The position numbers and the translations under genes were made by a program. From assembly GCF_963853765.1 (NCBI RefSeq), contig NC_088853.1:2170001-2234000 (forward strand): a stretch of DNA of 64,000 bases, read 5' to 3'. The notes beneath the pieces were generated by a model. That model was not told the origin of the DNA. It ran no database searches and saw only the letters and a list, made by a program, of their open reading frames with translations. Position 1 is the first letter of the stretch, and the number at the start of each line of letters is the position of its first letter. The stretch is from Magallana gigas (lineage: Eukaryota). This document shows positions 12,336-23,788 of this stretch, piece after piece.

Positions 12336-13640
12336 ATCAGGCGATACTACCAATGAAGTAAGAGATCCATTTAAAGTATAGAGAACCAAGTGATCAGGAG
12401 ATACAACCAATGAAGTTAGAGATCCATCTAGAGTATAGAGAACCAACTGATCAGGAGATACAACCAATGAAGTAAGAGATCCATCTAGAGTATAGAGAAC
12501 CGAGTGATCAGGCGATACTACCAATGAAGTAAGAGATCCATCTAGAGTATAGAGAACCGAGTGATCAGCAGATACAACCAATGAAGTTAGAGATCCATCT
12601 AGAGTATAGAGAACCGAGTGATCAGGCGATACTACCAATGAAGTAAGAGATCCATCTAAAGTATAGAGAACCGAGTGATCAGGAGATACAACCAATGAAG
12701 TAAGAGATCCATCTAGAGTATAGAGAACCGAGTGATCAGGAGATACTACCAATGAAGTAAGAGATCCATCTAAAGTATAGAGAACCGAGTGATCAGGCGA
12801 TACTACCAATGAAGTAAGAGATCCATCTAGAGTATAGAGAACCGATTGATTAGGATACAACCAATGAAGTTAGAGATCCATCTAGAGTATAGAGAACCGA
12901 GTGATCAGGAGATACAACCAATGAAGTAAGAGATCCATCTAGAGTATAGAGAACCGAGTGATCAGGAGATACTACCAATGAAGTAAGAGATCCATCTAAA
13001 GTATAGAGAACCGAGTGATCAGGCGATACTACCAATGAAGTAAGAGATCCATCTAGAGTATAGAGAACCGAGTGATCAGGATACAACCAATGAAGTAAGA
13101 GATCCATCTAGAGTATAGAGAACCGAGTGATCAGGAGATACAACCAATGAAGTAAGAGATCCATCTAGAGTATAGAGAACCGAGTGATCAGGAGATACAA
13201 CCAATGAAGTAAGAGATCCATCTAAAGTATAGAGAACCGAGTGATCAGGATATACAACCAATGAAGTTAGAGATCCATCTAAAGTATAGAGAACCGAGTG
13301 ATCAGGAGATACAACCAATGAAGTTAGAGATCCATCTAGAGTATAGAGAACCGAGTGATCAGGAGATACAACCAATGAAGTTAGAGATCCATCTAAAGTA
13401 TAGAGAACCGAGTGATTAGGATACAACCAATGAAGTTAGAGATCCATCTAGAGTATATAGAACCGAGTGATCAGGAGATACAACCAATGAAGTTAGAGAT
13501 CCATCTAGAGTATAGAGAACCGAGTGATCAGGAGATACAACCAATGAAGTTAGAGATCCATCTAGAGTATAGAGAACCGAGTGATCAGGAGATACAACCA
13601 ATGAAGTTAGAGATCCATCTAAAGTATATAGAACCGATTA
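12336..13640. repeat. 57-bp minisatellite, ~23 copies
   Basis: Unit GATCAGGAGATACAACCAATGAAGTAAGAGATCCATCTAGAGTATAGAGAACCGAGT. Some units carry 2-nt deletions. Confidence 0.95.
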
Positions 13641-14823
13641 GTACTATATCAAAACATGATGGCATCTATCATTTTCTTGTTCAACATCTTCAATGGCACA
13701 ACCGTTACTATCTACATCAGGTTTTCAATGAAAACAAAATAAAAGAACGCCAAGTACGTTTGAAAAATCTGAATGTTATGTGTGAATGAGTGTACCTTCC
13801 TTATAAGGAAATGATTCTAAACCAATTCAGTTTATGGAGGTGTAAGAAAGCGTTATATGAATTAAGAAGGCAGGTATGTGCAAACATTTTGGAGCTGTTA
13901 GCCAGCTGCTAGCGAGTGTTGCTAGGAAAGGAGACATAAATGTAACATGGATAAAACGATTCCTAATTAACACATATCTATATGTTAAACTAATCATTTA
14001 GAACTTTTTGCGTTGCATTTGTTTTAATTAATATTTTGTTTCTCTCGCCTTTATTTGTTGTGTACATGAGCATATTACTGAGGTGCAACTCATGATATAC
14101 TCATCCTAAATCATGTGTTCTTTTATTATAACCAAGTCTGACTTCTTCATTACAAAAGATAATAAGGAAGTACAATTAGACTAGACATTAAAAAGTTATC
14201 TAACTAGGACAAACTACGACAGCAGTTTTAAGCACACAAAATTGGTAAGGTTTCTGTATAGATAATGGCCGACATCAACCAAATCTCACGGCTAGTCGCC
14301 TAATCTCACTTCATACCAAAACGCTTATTTGCTTACATATAATGGTAATAAATGAATGTGAGAACATATATAAGTTGGAACTTTTTTCAGATGTCATCTT
14401 GCTATTAAAGTACATGTAAAAGAAAGCAGGGGAAATATGGTTCTGATGTTATGGACATGGGCTATGTAAGTTGGTTCCAGTCTGGAGTGTTGTTTTTAGA
14501 CTGGCTGTGAGATTTCGCTGATGTGCAGCTCTAGGATATATGCAGGTTTTTTCACACATACAGATTTGCCTTAGACAGGATATAAATACTTACAACTATC
14601 AAAGGATACTGAGTGTCGTGGTTCTACAAAACACAGACAGACAGCGTCATATCATGTGTTTCATTGCTAAAAATTCAGTTACTAGTATTAAGTGAAATGA
14701 ACGCTTCAGTTTTATGTTCGTCCTTTTTGTCCTCGTTGCCAATGAGTGAATTTAAGACTGGGCAAATTCAAAACATCTTTCAAATAACTGTATTAATAAG
14801 AAAGAGTACCTATCACACAACTC

Positions 14824-15227
14824 TGATTGGACGAATTACAGACGGCGTGATGATTGGACGAATTACAGACGACGTGATGATTTGACGAATTACAGACGAC
14901 GTGATGATTGGACGAATTACAGACGACGTGATGATTGGACGAATTACAGACGACGTGATGATTGGACGAATTACAGACGGTGTGATGATTGGACGAATTA
15001 CAGACGACGTGATGATTGGATGAATTACAGACGACGTGATGATTGGACGAATTACAGACGACATGATGATTGGACGAATTACAGACGACGTGATGATTGG
15101 ACGAATTACAGACGACGTGATGATTGGACGAATTACAGACGACGTGTGATTGGACGAATTACAGACGGCGTGGCGTGATGATTGGACGAATTACAGACAG
15201 CGTGATGATTGGATGAATTACAGACGG
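14824..15227. repeat. 27-bp minisatellite, ~15 copies
   Basis: Unit TGATTGGACGAATTACAGACGACGTGA. Confidence 0.95.
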
Positions 15228-16146
15228 GGTGAAACTAGTGTAGAAGAGCAAATAAAATTAAAAATCACTGGGCGAAAATACTAGTAATCCTTTCTACATT
15301 CTGTCTATTGTTTGCTCTGGTGTTTTTATTATTTTGTTCATAGACAATGAAATTTTATAAAGGTTAATTTAACAATGATTTTATTGAATGTAGCTTTGCA
15401 TGACTTTCACATGAAACTTTTCACGAGAGATTAACATGAAATGAGTACACATGTACACTTTGGTGTGTTTTGATATTCTTAGATGAACACCACTAAAATC
15501 CAGACGTTAGAATTTAGTAAATTTTACAGTAAGGTAGAAAATGATATTACTAATCACATATCAAAATTTACATTATGTAGTGTTTTCTTAATCTTCTTCG
15601 TAGTGCTGAAATTGACAATTTTCTTTTTTGCTTTAATTAAATGCACCTTTATATTCTGATTCATAAAAAGAATCAGAAAACGGCAGATTTTCTTGAAACT
15701 TTGAAATTAACTAGAGTTGGTGTGAATAACTTACGGTTAAGAAATGAAGAGTTTTGAAATTGTGGTGATTACACAAAAACAACCGCAACCAAATCGGTCT
15801 CATTTAATGTAAAAAATGAGAATTTGATATTACAATCAACTTTTGCCAAAACATTACAACCATATCAATAGTTTTGAATTTCATTTACATTAATACTCTA
15901 TAGGGTTCCTTCAAGAATTTATTTAACTGCTAAGAAAAAAACAGTATTATTTTGCAATAGAATTCCTCTTTGATTTTAAAGATAAATTTTATTTTTTTAT
16001 ATTTACATTTTACAGTGTCTTGCCTGTGATAACACTAGGTTTCGATTTTGAACTATATAACCCATTACTTCAAATGACGCCAAATTGAGACGCCAGCGGG
16101 ATTTGCTTATTTAAATTCAAATATTGGCTTAAAATTATGTTAATAT

Positions 16147-16303
16147 AAGTAATAAGGGATCATTCTTTGAATATCATGGGGTGATAATTTCGGTTGGGGC
16201 GTGATCAAATCTATCATAAAGCCCTTCCGGCTTTATTGGATTTGATCACGCCTCGACCAAAATTATCACTCCATAATATCCAACGAAAGATTCCTTATTA
16301 CTT
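16147..16303. mobile_element. Foldback (palindromic) non-autonomous element
   Basis: Arms AAGTAATAAGG...GGCGTGATCAAATC...AAAGCC and GGCTTT...GATTTGATCACGCC...CCTTATTACTT around a short central loop. Confidence 0.7.
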
Positions 16304-17314
16304 AAATAATGATAGAAATGTTTGGTTTATATAAAACACTTGGTCCGAGACTGTTGGATTGTTGTGGCTTCTTTTAAGCAGACTATTATATTTATTAAAT
16401 CTATTTTAGAACAAGTACTATAAAGATATAGAAACTAACACAAATAATAATTTCCAGGTTAAAATTTATGAACTTTTTCCTCACTGTATAAAAAATTATA
16501 CATTTATTAACAAAAAATTTGAAGAAAAAAAAGTATATTGATGGCTGACTTGATTACCACATAGCCTCGTTAAAAGACATTAAATATCTGAATAGATAGC
16601 CTGTCTTAATACTGAAATATTTTAAGAAAATCTAATGGTTCACTTGATGACAACACAGCCTCCCTACATTAAATCTATGAATAGGTATTCTGTGGCTGAT
16701 TTGGTGAAAACAGTTATGCTGGGGAACAGTTAAATGATTAAGGACAGCAATAGTTATGAAAAAAAGTTAAGAAGATTATAAAAGTTCATAAAAGTATGAA
16801 GACTTTAAAATGTAACCCCTTATTAGAAACTTAAAAAGGCAAAGTATATGTACAAATATACTATTTAAAAAAATTAGCTTATTATGCCACTAGTACAGTA
16901 TATTAAAGTTACAAATACATGTAACTCTAATAGCACTTAGTTCTTACATAGTAATCATTCTTTTTTCATCAATTATTTAAGGTTTTATTTAATAAATCTC
17001 CAAAAACCATAACTTGAGTCTTAATGAAGACTTGAACAAGATGTCGGATTGAGGAGAAAGGTTTTAGTTTGATATTGACTGTTAGTAATTGAGTAGCAGT
17101 ATGATCCACAACAGTGTTAGCAGTTTATGAGTGAAAAACACCATTGTTAGTGCATTACACAGTTAGTTAAGCATATAAGAAAGATAACATTTTATGAAAC
17201 TGAGACTGGAAGGCAAATCAACCTCATTACCCATTAATGACCATTAAGAAAATTAATGCAATAAAAAATCATCACCCATCTTACCCTTGAGTCCGCAAAT
17301 ATATCTCTCATTAC

Positions 17315-17785
17315 TACAGAACCAAGGTCCTAAACATCCTACACTAGAACTAAGGTCCTGAACATCCTACACTACGACTAAGGTCCTTTACTTCCTACAC
17401 TAGGACTAGGGTCCTAAACATCCTACACTAGAACTAGGGTCCTTTACCTATTACACTAGGACTAGGGTCCTTAACATCCTACACTAGCACTAAGGTTCTA
17501 AACATTCTACACTAGGACTAGGGTCCTTTACTTCCTACACTAGGACTAAGGTCCTTTACTTCCTACACTAGGACTAGGGTCCTAAACATCCTACACTAGC
17601 AGTAAGGTTCTAAACATTCTACACTATGACTTAGGTCCTAAACATCCTACACTAGGAATAAGATCCTAAGCATCCTACACTAGGACTCAGATCCTTAACA
17701 TCCTTTGCTAGGACTATGGTCCTAAGCATCCTACACCAGGACTAAGGTCGTAAACATCCTACATTAGGAGTATGGTCATTAACAT
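17315..17785. repeat. 28-bp minisatellite, ~17 copies
   Basis: Unit CTACACTAGGACTAAGGTCCTAAACATC. Confidence 0.9.
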
Positions 17786-18485
17786 CCTTTTTAAAGCACA
17801 ATCTTCTAATCTATATAAAGACTGATCTTTTTTTTAAAAATCCCGAAGAATAACCTAACATTCTTTCACATGGCTGCATGTATTTCACAACATACATAAG
17901 GATTTATGTCATAACAAACTTACACAAATTAATATTTTTGTTTATATTACAAGATGATAACTGTCAATCACATCCATGTAAGCACCTTTACACACAATGA
18001 ATAATGACATTACACTGATATATACAAAGACTATGACAAAAACTTGTCTCTCAAATTCAAATACCGAAACCAAAAAAAAAAAGATCTTTGAATACAATGT
18101 GCCATTTAAATGCATAATCTGTAATTAGTTTAGTAAAACCTGACTACTTCCATGTATACAAGACAGTGTTGTACACCAACAGTTAAACTTGTGACTAGTC
18201 GTGACTCTACCAATGATGTAGCCACTCACTTCATTAACACAACACCTACAGTCCGACATTATCAGTCTATCATCATTACTCTGTCAATCTAATCAGTGGT
18301 TGATCACAACTATAGTTTTACCATTCGTTGTACTGCACAAATTTCGTTAGCCCAGATACACTATATTTGATAATAAAATCTGATTTTATCTGTAATATAA
18401 GTACAACCTTGGCCATTAACCACTCCACTCCTGTTTGTCCTTATCTATCCTCAAATAACTATGTCAAGGTCATTGACCACCCTAC

Positions 18486-18662
18486 CTGTGCCCGGTACTG
18501 TTGCTCTGGCTGACGACGTCGTCGCCTCAGTGTGTCCGTCAATTTCAAGGCTGGTTTGGCGTTAGGGTTTGAGCTGGGTGTGTGCACGGCACAGAACTTG
18601 ATGAACAATCCCATAAACAGGATAAGTCCTATAGCCATCAATAAGACTGCCCACCAATATTC
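18486..18662 (-). CDS. ADAM10: ADAM10 exon: transmembrane helix and proximal cytoplasmic tail
   Basis: [59 protein letters not shown] matches ADAM10 (human [32 protein letters not shown]). TAG|GAA acceptor, CAG|GTAGGG donor, 177 nt, phase 0/0. Confidence 0.95.
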
Positions 18663-18689
18663 CTACAACAGTACACTATGTATATAACA

Positions 18690-19045
18690 CAAGTTATTTA
18701 CAGTATAACATGTTAGATACAGCACAGAACAAGATGAACAATCCCATAAACAGGATAAGTCCTATAGCCATCAGTAAGACGGCCCACCAATATTCCTACA
18801 ACATTACATTATATATATAACACAAGTTATTTACAGTATAACATGTTAGATACAGCACAGAATCCCATAAACAGGATAAGGCCTATAGCCATCAGTAAGA
18901 CGGCCCACCGATATTCCTACAACATTACATTATATATATAACACAAGTTATTTACAGTATAACATGTTAGATACAGCACAGAATCCAACAGGATAAGGCC
19001 TATAGTATCAGTAAGACAGCCCACCAATATTCCTACAACATTACA
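18690..19045 (-). repeat. Three extra tandem copies of the ADAM10 TM-exon acceptor plus exon 5' part
   Basis: TGTTGTAG|GAATAT(T/C)GGTGGGC... recurs with exon starts at 18795, 18916 and 19032, in addition to the real start at 18662. Confidence 0.95.
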
Positions 19046-19643
19046 TTTATATATTCATATATCACACTGCTATCAGTAGATCAGCCATCATCATTCTCAC
19101 TATATTGCATATGACACAGAAGATAAACCTTTTTATCTTACAATAACTCAGTTTTTGATATTAGACATAATTTTATTTTACTGTTACCTACCATTGTCAA
19201 GATCTTGTTCATATTGGCCAGACATTTTTACTTATTAGTATTGTTACTGACTGACTACAGAAATATATCGGGTTGATCAATCTCATAGGTGGTGAGGCGA
19301 AGCTAATAAGTGTCTTGTTTTCCGCGAGGACAATCAAGTGACACATTTATTCACAAAAAGTGATGATTGACGCAAACCCATGGATACAAGTTGCCTAACA
19401 TCTTGTCCAATTTAGTTACTTACATGTTAACTTTTTCAAAATTATCAATATTTAATAATAATATGAAATGTTGAAATGACAAGGCGAAATGTCAGTCAAT
19501 AACATCTATATTGCCAAATATTAATTCTGATCAAAGAAACATAAAGATATATGAGGCAATCGCATGCTATATTTAAACCAATAAAAGTGTGACATTTCAG
19601 TCCAAGGGAAAACAATTATTTTTAGTGTTACCCTTCAATCAGT

Positions 19644-20126
19644 CAGTATGACTTACAATAATCCAGTCTGACTTACAATAACCCAGCATGACCTACAATA
19701 ACTCAGTATGACTTACAGTAATCCATCATGACTTACAATAATCTACCCTCACTTACAATAATCAAGCATGACTTACAATAATCCACCATGACTTACAATA
19801 ATCCACCATGACTTACAATAATCAAGTATGACTTAAAATAACCCAGTATGACTTCAAATAACCCAGTATGACTTCAAATAACCCACCAAGCCATACATTA
19901 ATCCAACATAACTTACAATAATCCAGCATGACTTACAATAATCCACCATGACTTACAATAATCCACCATGACTAACAATAACCCAATATGATTTACAATA
20001 ACCCTGCATGTCTTACAATAATCCAGCATGACTTACAAATAATCCAGCATGACCTACAATAATCTAGCATGACTTACAATAATCCATCATGACTTACAAT
20101 AATTCAGCATGACTTACAATAATCCA
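19644..20126. repeat. 20-bp minisatellite (~24 copies) built from the ADAM10 exon donor site
   Basis: Unit ATGACTTACAATAATCCAGC reads on the minus strand GCTGGATTATT|GTAAGTCAT, which is the exon end (W-I-I) plus its 5' splice site. Confidence 0.95.
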
Positions 20127-20257
20127 GTTCTTTATATTGACAAGCGTTTTTTCGTTAAATATCAAGTTCTTCAGTCGTTGTAGTGGTCCTTCATTATCAA
20201 CGCCACGGCAACGAGAAAACACATCACAGTAACCTTGGTAATTGTTACAGGGGAAAC
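20118..20257 (-). CDS. ADAM10: ADAM10 exon: end of Cys-rich domain and juxtamembrane stalk
   Basis: (G)FPCNNYQGYCDVFSRCRGVDNEGPLQRLKNLIFNEKTLVNIKNWII versus human [34 protein letters not shown]. Canonical AG/GT, phase 1/0. Confidence 0.95.
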
Positions 20258-20299
20258 CTAGATCATAGAAAATCAACACATAAGTTGTGAAACTGTGGG

Positions 20300-21005
20300 A
20301 TAAAGAGGCCCATGGGCTACATATCTCAACAGACCAACAGTTTTTGTATAGTTTTATATCTGTTCTTCGACATCTTCCCTAAGCCTATACATTTTCTAAG
20401 TTAAATTTTAAACCCTTATTGGGACTCCAGTATTGGTATAGGGTCTCGATTTGAACAATTAAGAACCTACATTATTTGAGGATGTATCATTCTATATCAG
20501 TTTTTCAACGATTTCCCTATATATTTCTAAGTTACACTTTAAATTTTTATTGGGACCCCACGATTTGAACAATTTAGAACCTTTATCATATCAGGATGCT
20601 TGCATAGTAATCTCTTAAATTGTAGCATCATAGTTCTTGAGAAGAAGATTTTAAAACAACTTCCTTTTATATTTCTATGTCAAACTTTGAACCCCTCTTA
20701 GGCCCCATTATTTGTTCGGGGGTCAGGATTTTACAATGTAGAGTCTTCACTATACTAGTATGTACAAGTTTCTTTGTAAATATTGGCATTTCTGTTGCAG
20801 TGGTTCTTAAGCAGAAGCTTTTTAAACCAATTCATGCATCTCCTTTTATTTGCTTTCTTTAAACAATTTGAAATTCCCTTCCCAGAAGGATGCTTTGTAC
20901 TAAGTTTGGTATAATTTGGCCTAGTGATTCTTGAGAAGAAGTCAAAAATGAGAAAAGTTTAGACACGAACAGACAGACTGACATACAGATGGATGGGTGT
21001 GATCA
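20300..21005 (+). mobile_element. Decayed Helentron-like element with diverged satellite monomers
   Basis: AAGAGGCCCATGGGCTACAT head, repeated TTTGAACAATTT / TTCTTGAGAAGAAG monomer remnants, and a terminal (GACA)n tract. Confidence 0.55.
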
Positions 21006-21311
21006 CAACTTATTTCTGCATACGTGTGTCATACTATGGAATCATTTAATTTTGTGAGGCCAATTTTCAGGGACTGTGGGTTTGTCTTATTTGTGGGGAT
21101 GTAGTATTGTGGATGCATCAGTTTTTAGTTTCAGTAGGAAAACTAAATCTTTTATAATTAGTTTTCGTCGAGGATGTAAATTCTGATTCGTGGGTGACAG
21201 CTATTCACAAATACCATAAAAACTGAACCACAAGGAAGTCTAACGATTCCACAGTATTTCTTACCGGGAGACAATTTATATTTCACCTGGGGTTTCAGAC
21301 AAATATCTTAC

Positions 21312-21443
21312 CGGCTGCCAGTTTGATTCCGCCGCTGGACTTTTTCCGCTGGTTGACATCTTGTAGGAGAGCATACAGGGCATTAGAACTGTCCAGGTTC
21401 TGGTTTGTGGCATAGCATGTATCATCAGAGTCATTCTTCTTTT
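21312..21443 (-). CDS. ADAM10: ADAM10 exon (Cys-rich domain)
   Basis: (K)KKNDSDDTCYATNQNLDSSNALYALLQDVNQRKKSSGGIKLAA(G). CAG| acceptor, G|GTAAGA donor, 132 nt, phase 1/1; joins both neighbours in frame. Confidence 0.85.
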
Positions 21444-21810
21444 CTGTTGAAAGACTCCAACATATTAATCACACTATGGCAAAACAGACAAAACTTAACA
21501 AGATTGATTTACAAGATTGATCTACAGCATGAACTCCAACTTGTCAAGGCCTCTCACACCCATTATTTGGTACTGTGACTGGGGCCAATGGATTGGGAAA
21601 ATGCAACGTTTTGATATTAAGTGGGAGTTTTTATCCTTGCTAAATGTACAGTCCCCTGAACAAAAAACTAGGGTATAATGATATAATTTTTTAAAAGTTA
21701 ATTTTAAAAAAAAAAATCATTTCTTATACTGGGAACATGTGTGTATAATAATGAAAAGGAAAAAAGTTTATTCACAGTGTGTGATACAAGTTTGTTAATG
21801 AAGATGTTAA

Positions 21811-22538
21811 AGGACTGCGAACGCAAGCATTGTCTAGCCGCCTAACTAAAAGTAATTTTTTGAAAGTTGTCTAATCTATGTTATTTTTTTTACTATAATG
21901 TAAACATTTATGTATATTTTCATTAAATATAAATGATTTACTCAAACAAAGAGATATATAACTTTGTATTTTGGGTTAAAATAGCTCATTTCATAACAGA
22001 AAATAACCGAAAACAGAAAATGTTTTTAAAACATCTCCCCCCCCCCCCGTGAAACAAAATTTCCTTTTGAGGGGATTTGGATTTAATTATTGTTATTTAG
22101 CATATTTTTACCAAACGGTTTGTTGTTTCACGGGGGGGGGGGGGACATATGTCTACAGACCGAAATACATTTCAAAAAAAAAAATTTTGCTTTGTAAATT
22201 ATCTCAAAATTATTAACAGATTAGAATTAAAATGAAATTTTACTTTAATACGCATCGTAAATATGTTATTATTAAGTTTTTATGCACATATTGGCCGCTA
22301 AAAAATATTTTACTCACTCATAGTGACCGATTTCAATGAATTTTTTTTAAAGCCCCGCGTTAGCAAAACTTTTGTTTAAAGATAATTAATTTGATTACAA
22401 ATTTTATTTTTATATTAATTGATTAGGATTTGATTATGTTTTTTATTAGAAAACTTAATTTTTTAATATCTGACAGAAATTTCGAAATATTTGGATGTAA
22501 AATGTAGGCGGGAAACGGGCGTTAGCGTTCGCAGTTCT
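21811..22538. mobile_element. Kolobok-like MITE
   Basis: TTAA|AGGACTGCGAACGC ... GCGTTCGCAGTTCT (14-bp TIR, 1 mismatch). Internal IR CCCCGTGAAACAA / TTGTTTCACGGGG. Confidence 0.6.
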
Positions 22539-23049
22539 TTCCTTAAAGTTTTTTGTGTAATTACTAGCTATGTGCCAAATGGCAAAGAAAATAATGTAAC
22601 AGTCTTTTAGAGTTTTAAAAAAAGTTATCTTATTTGCATTATTGTAAAATTTAGTCTATTTTGTATTTATACCTTTTACAGATAAATGTTTCTTGATTGT
22701 GTTAGCCTAATGACAATATTTATAAAATCAGTCTTTGTACTTCTGTGTATTTGGGGTAGTAGTCCAACCCTTTGACCCACTTACTACTGTTTTGTACAGG
22801 ATCTGTATAGACAAACATTTATATAATAATTTTAACTTTTATTTCAGAATTATCAACTACTAACAGCTTATCAACTAACTGTAATATCAGGATTAAAAGT
22901 AATAAACATCATTTTTAAAATTACATTGAGGAAATTCTGGCTTAGTTACCGATCACAAGAAACGGTTTACAACGCGCTAGTGTTGCACTTATTTACAGTG
23001 CTTTTATGACTGCTGATTATACAAGATATATATTTAGAATAAGTATTTT

Positions 23050-23450
23050 GTCTAAAATACTACAGATTAGATAATTTGTCTATAATACTTACTACAGATT
23101 AGACAACTTGTCTATAATAATACAGATTAGACAACATGTCTACAATACTTACTACAGATTAGATAACTTGTATATAATACTACATATTAGACAACTTGTC
23201 TATAATACTACAGATTAGACAACTTGTCTATAATACTTACTACAGGCTAAGTAACACAGCTGCTCCTTTTGTTGTACTGTCAGACAATTTGTCTATAATA
23301 CTTACTACACATTAGACAACTTGTCTATAATACTACAGATTAGACAACTTGTCTATAATACTTACTGCAGGCTAAATAACACAGCTTGTTCTTTTGTTGT
23401 ACTGTCAGACAATTTGTCTGTAATACTATAGATTAGACAACAATACTTAC
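23050..23450. repeat. Composite tandem repeat containing two extra copies of the ADAM10 exon 3' end and donor
   Basis: ~25-bp CTACAGATTAGACAACTTGTCTATAATA units, plus exon-end/donor copies at 23234-23285 and 23359-23410 (real one at 23444-23493). Confidence 0.9.
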
Positions 23451-23589
23451 TACAGGCTAAATAACACAGCTGTTCCATTTGTTGTACTGTCAGATCACCA
23501 TGCAGTGTAACAAAGCATTCCTCCCAATCACCTGGAGATATCCCATCTTCTGGTGTTCCGACCTTCAGACACAAGGAGCCTGTGCAAAA
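23451..23589 (-). CDS. ADAM10: ADAM10 exon (start of Cys-rich domain)
   Basis: FCTGSLCLKVGTPEDGISPGDWEECFVTLHGDLTVQQMEQLCYLAC versus human QCAGSICEKYGLEECTC...KELCHVCC. TTTTCAG| acceptor, A|GTAAGT donor, phase 0/1. Confidence 0.9.
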
Positions 23590-23788
23590 CTGAAAAGAAA
23601 CCATTAATATTATCATAATAATATTATTAGTGTTAGTAGCTTCCTTTCATTTGATTGCAAAAGCATACAGCTAACGACTTCTGAAAATTATAACTTTGGT
23701 GATTGCTTTTTGTGATTTTTCACTCAAATTCTGTAAAATTGATTTTTAAAACTGGCTTTTGGAGAAATCATTGTAATAACAAACTTAC

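Noticed and set aside
12267-13789. SLTSLVVSPDHSVLYTLDG-repeat ORFs read as a repeat protein
   Set aside because: Units with 2-nt deletions break the frame several times. Treated as a minisatellite; only the unique flank is flagged as possibly coding-derived.
8314-20126. Tandem arrays as possible CRISPR arrays
   Set aside because: Head-to-tail units with no unique spacers, no cas genes, and a eukaryotic intron context.
21255-21315. Second TCTTACCGG donor-like copy ~50 bp into the intron of the 21312-21443 exon
   Set aside because: Only 9 bp of identity, too short to count as a junction duplication.
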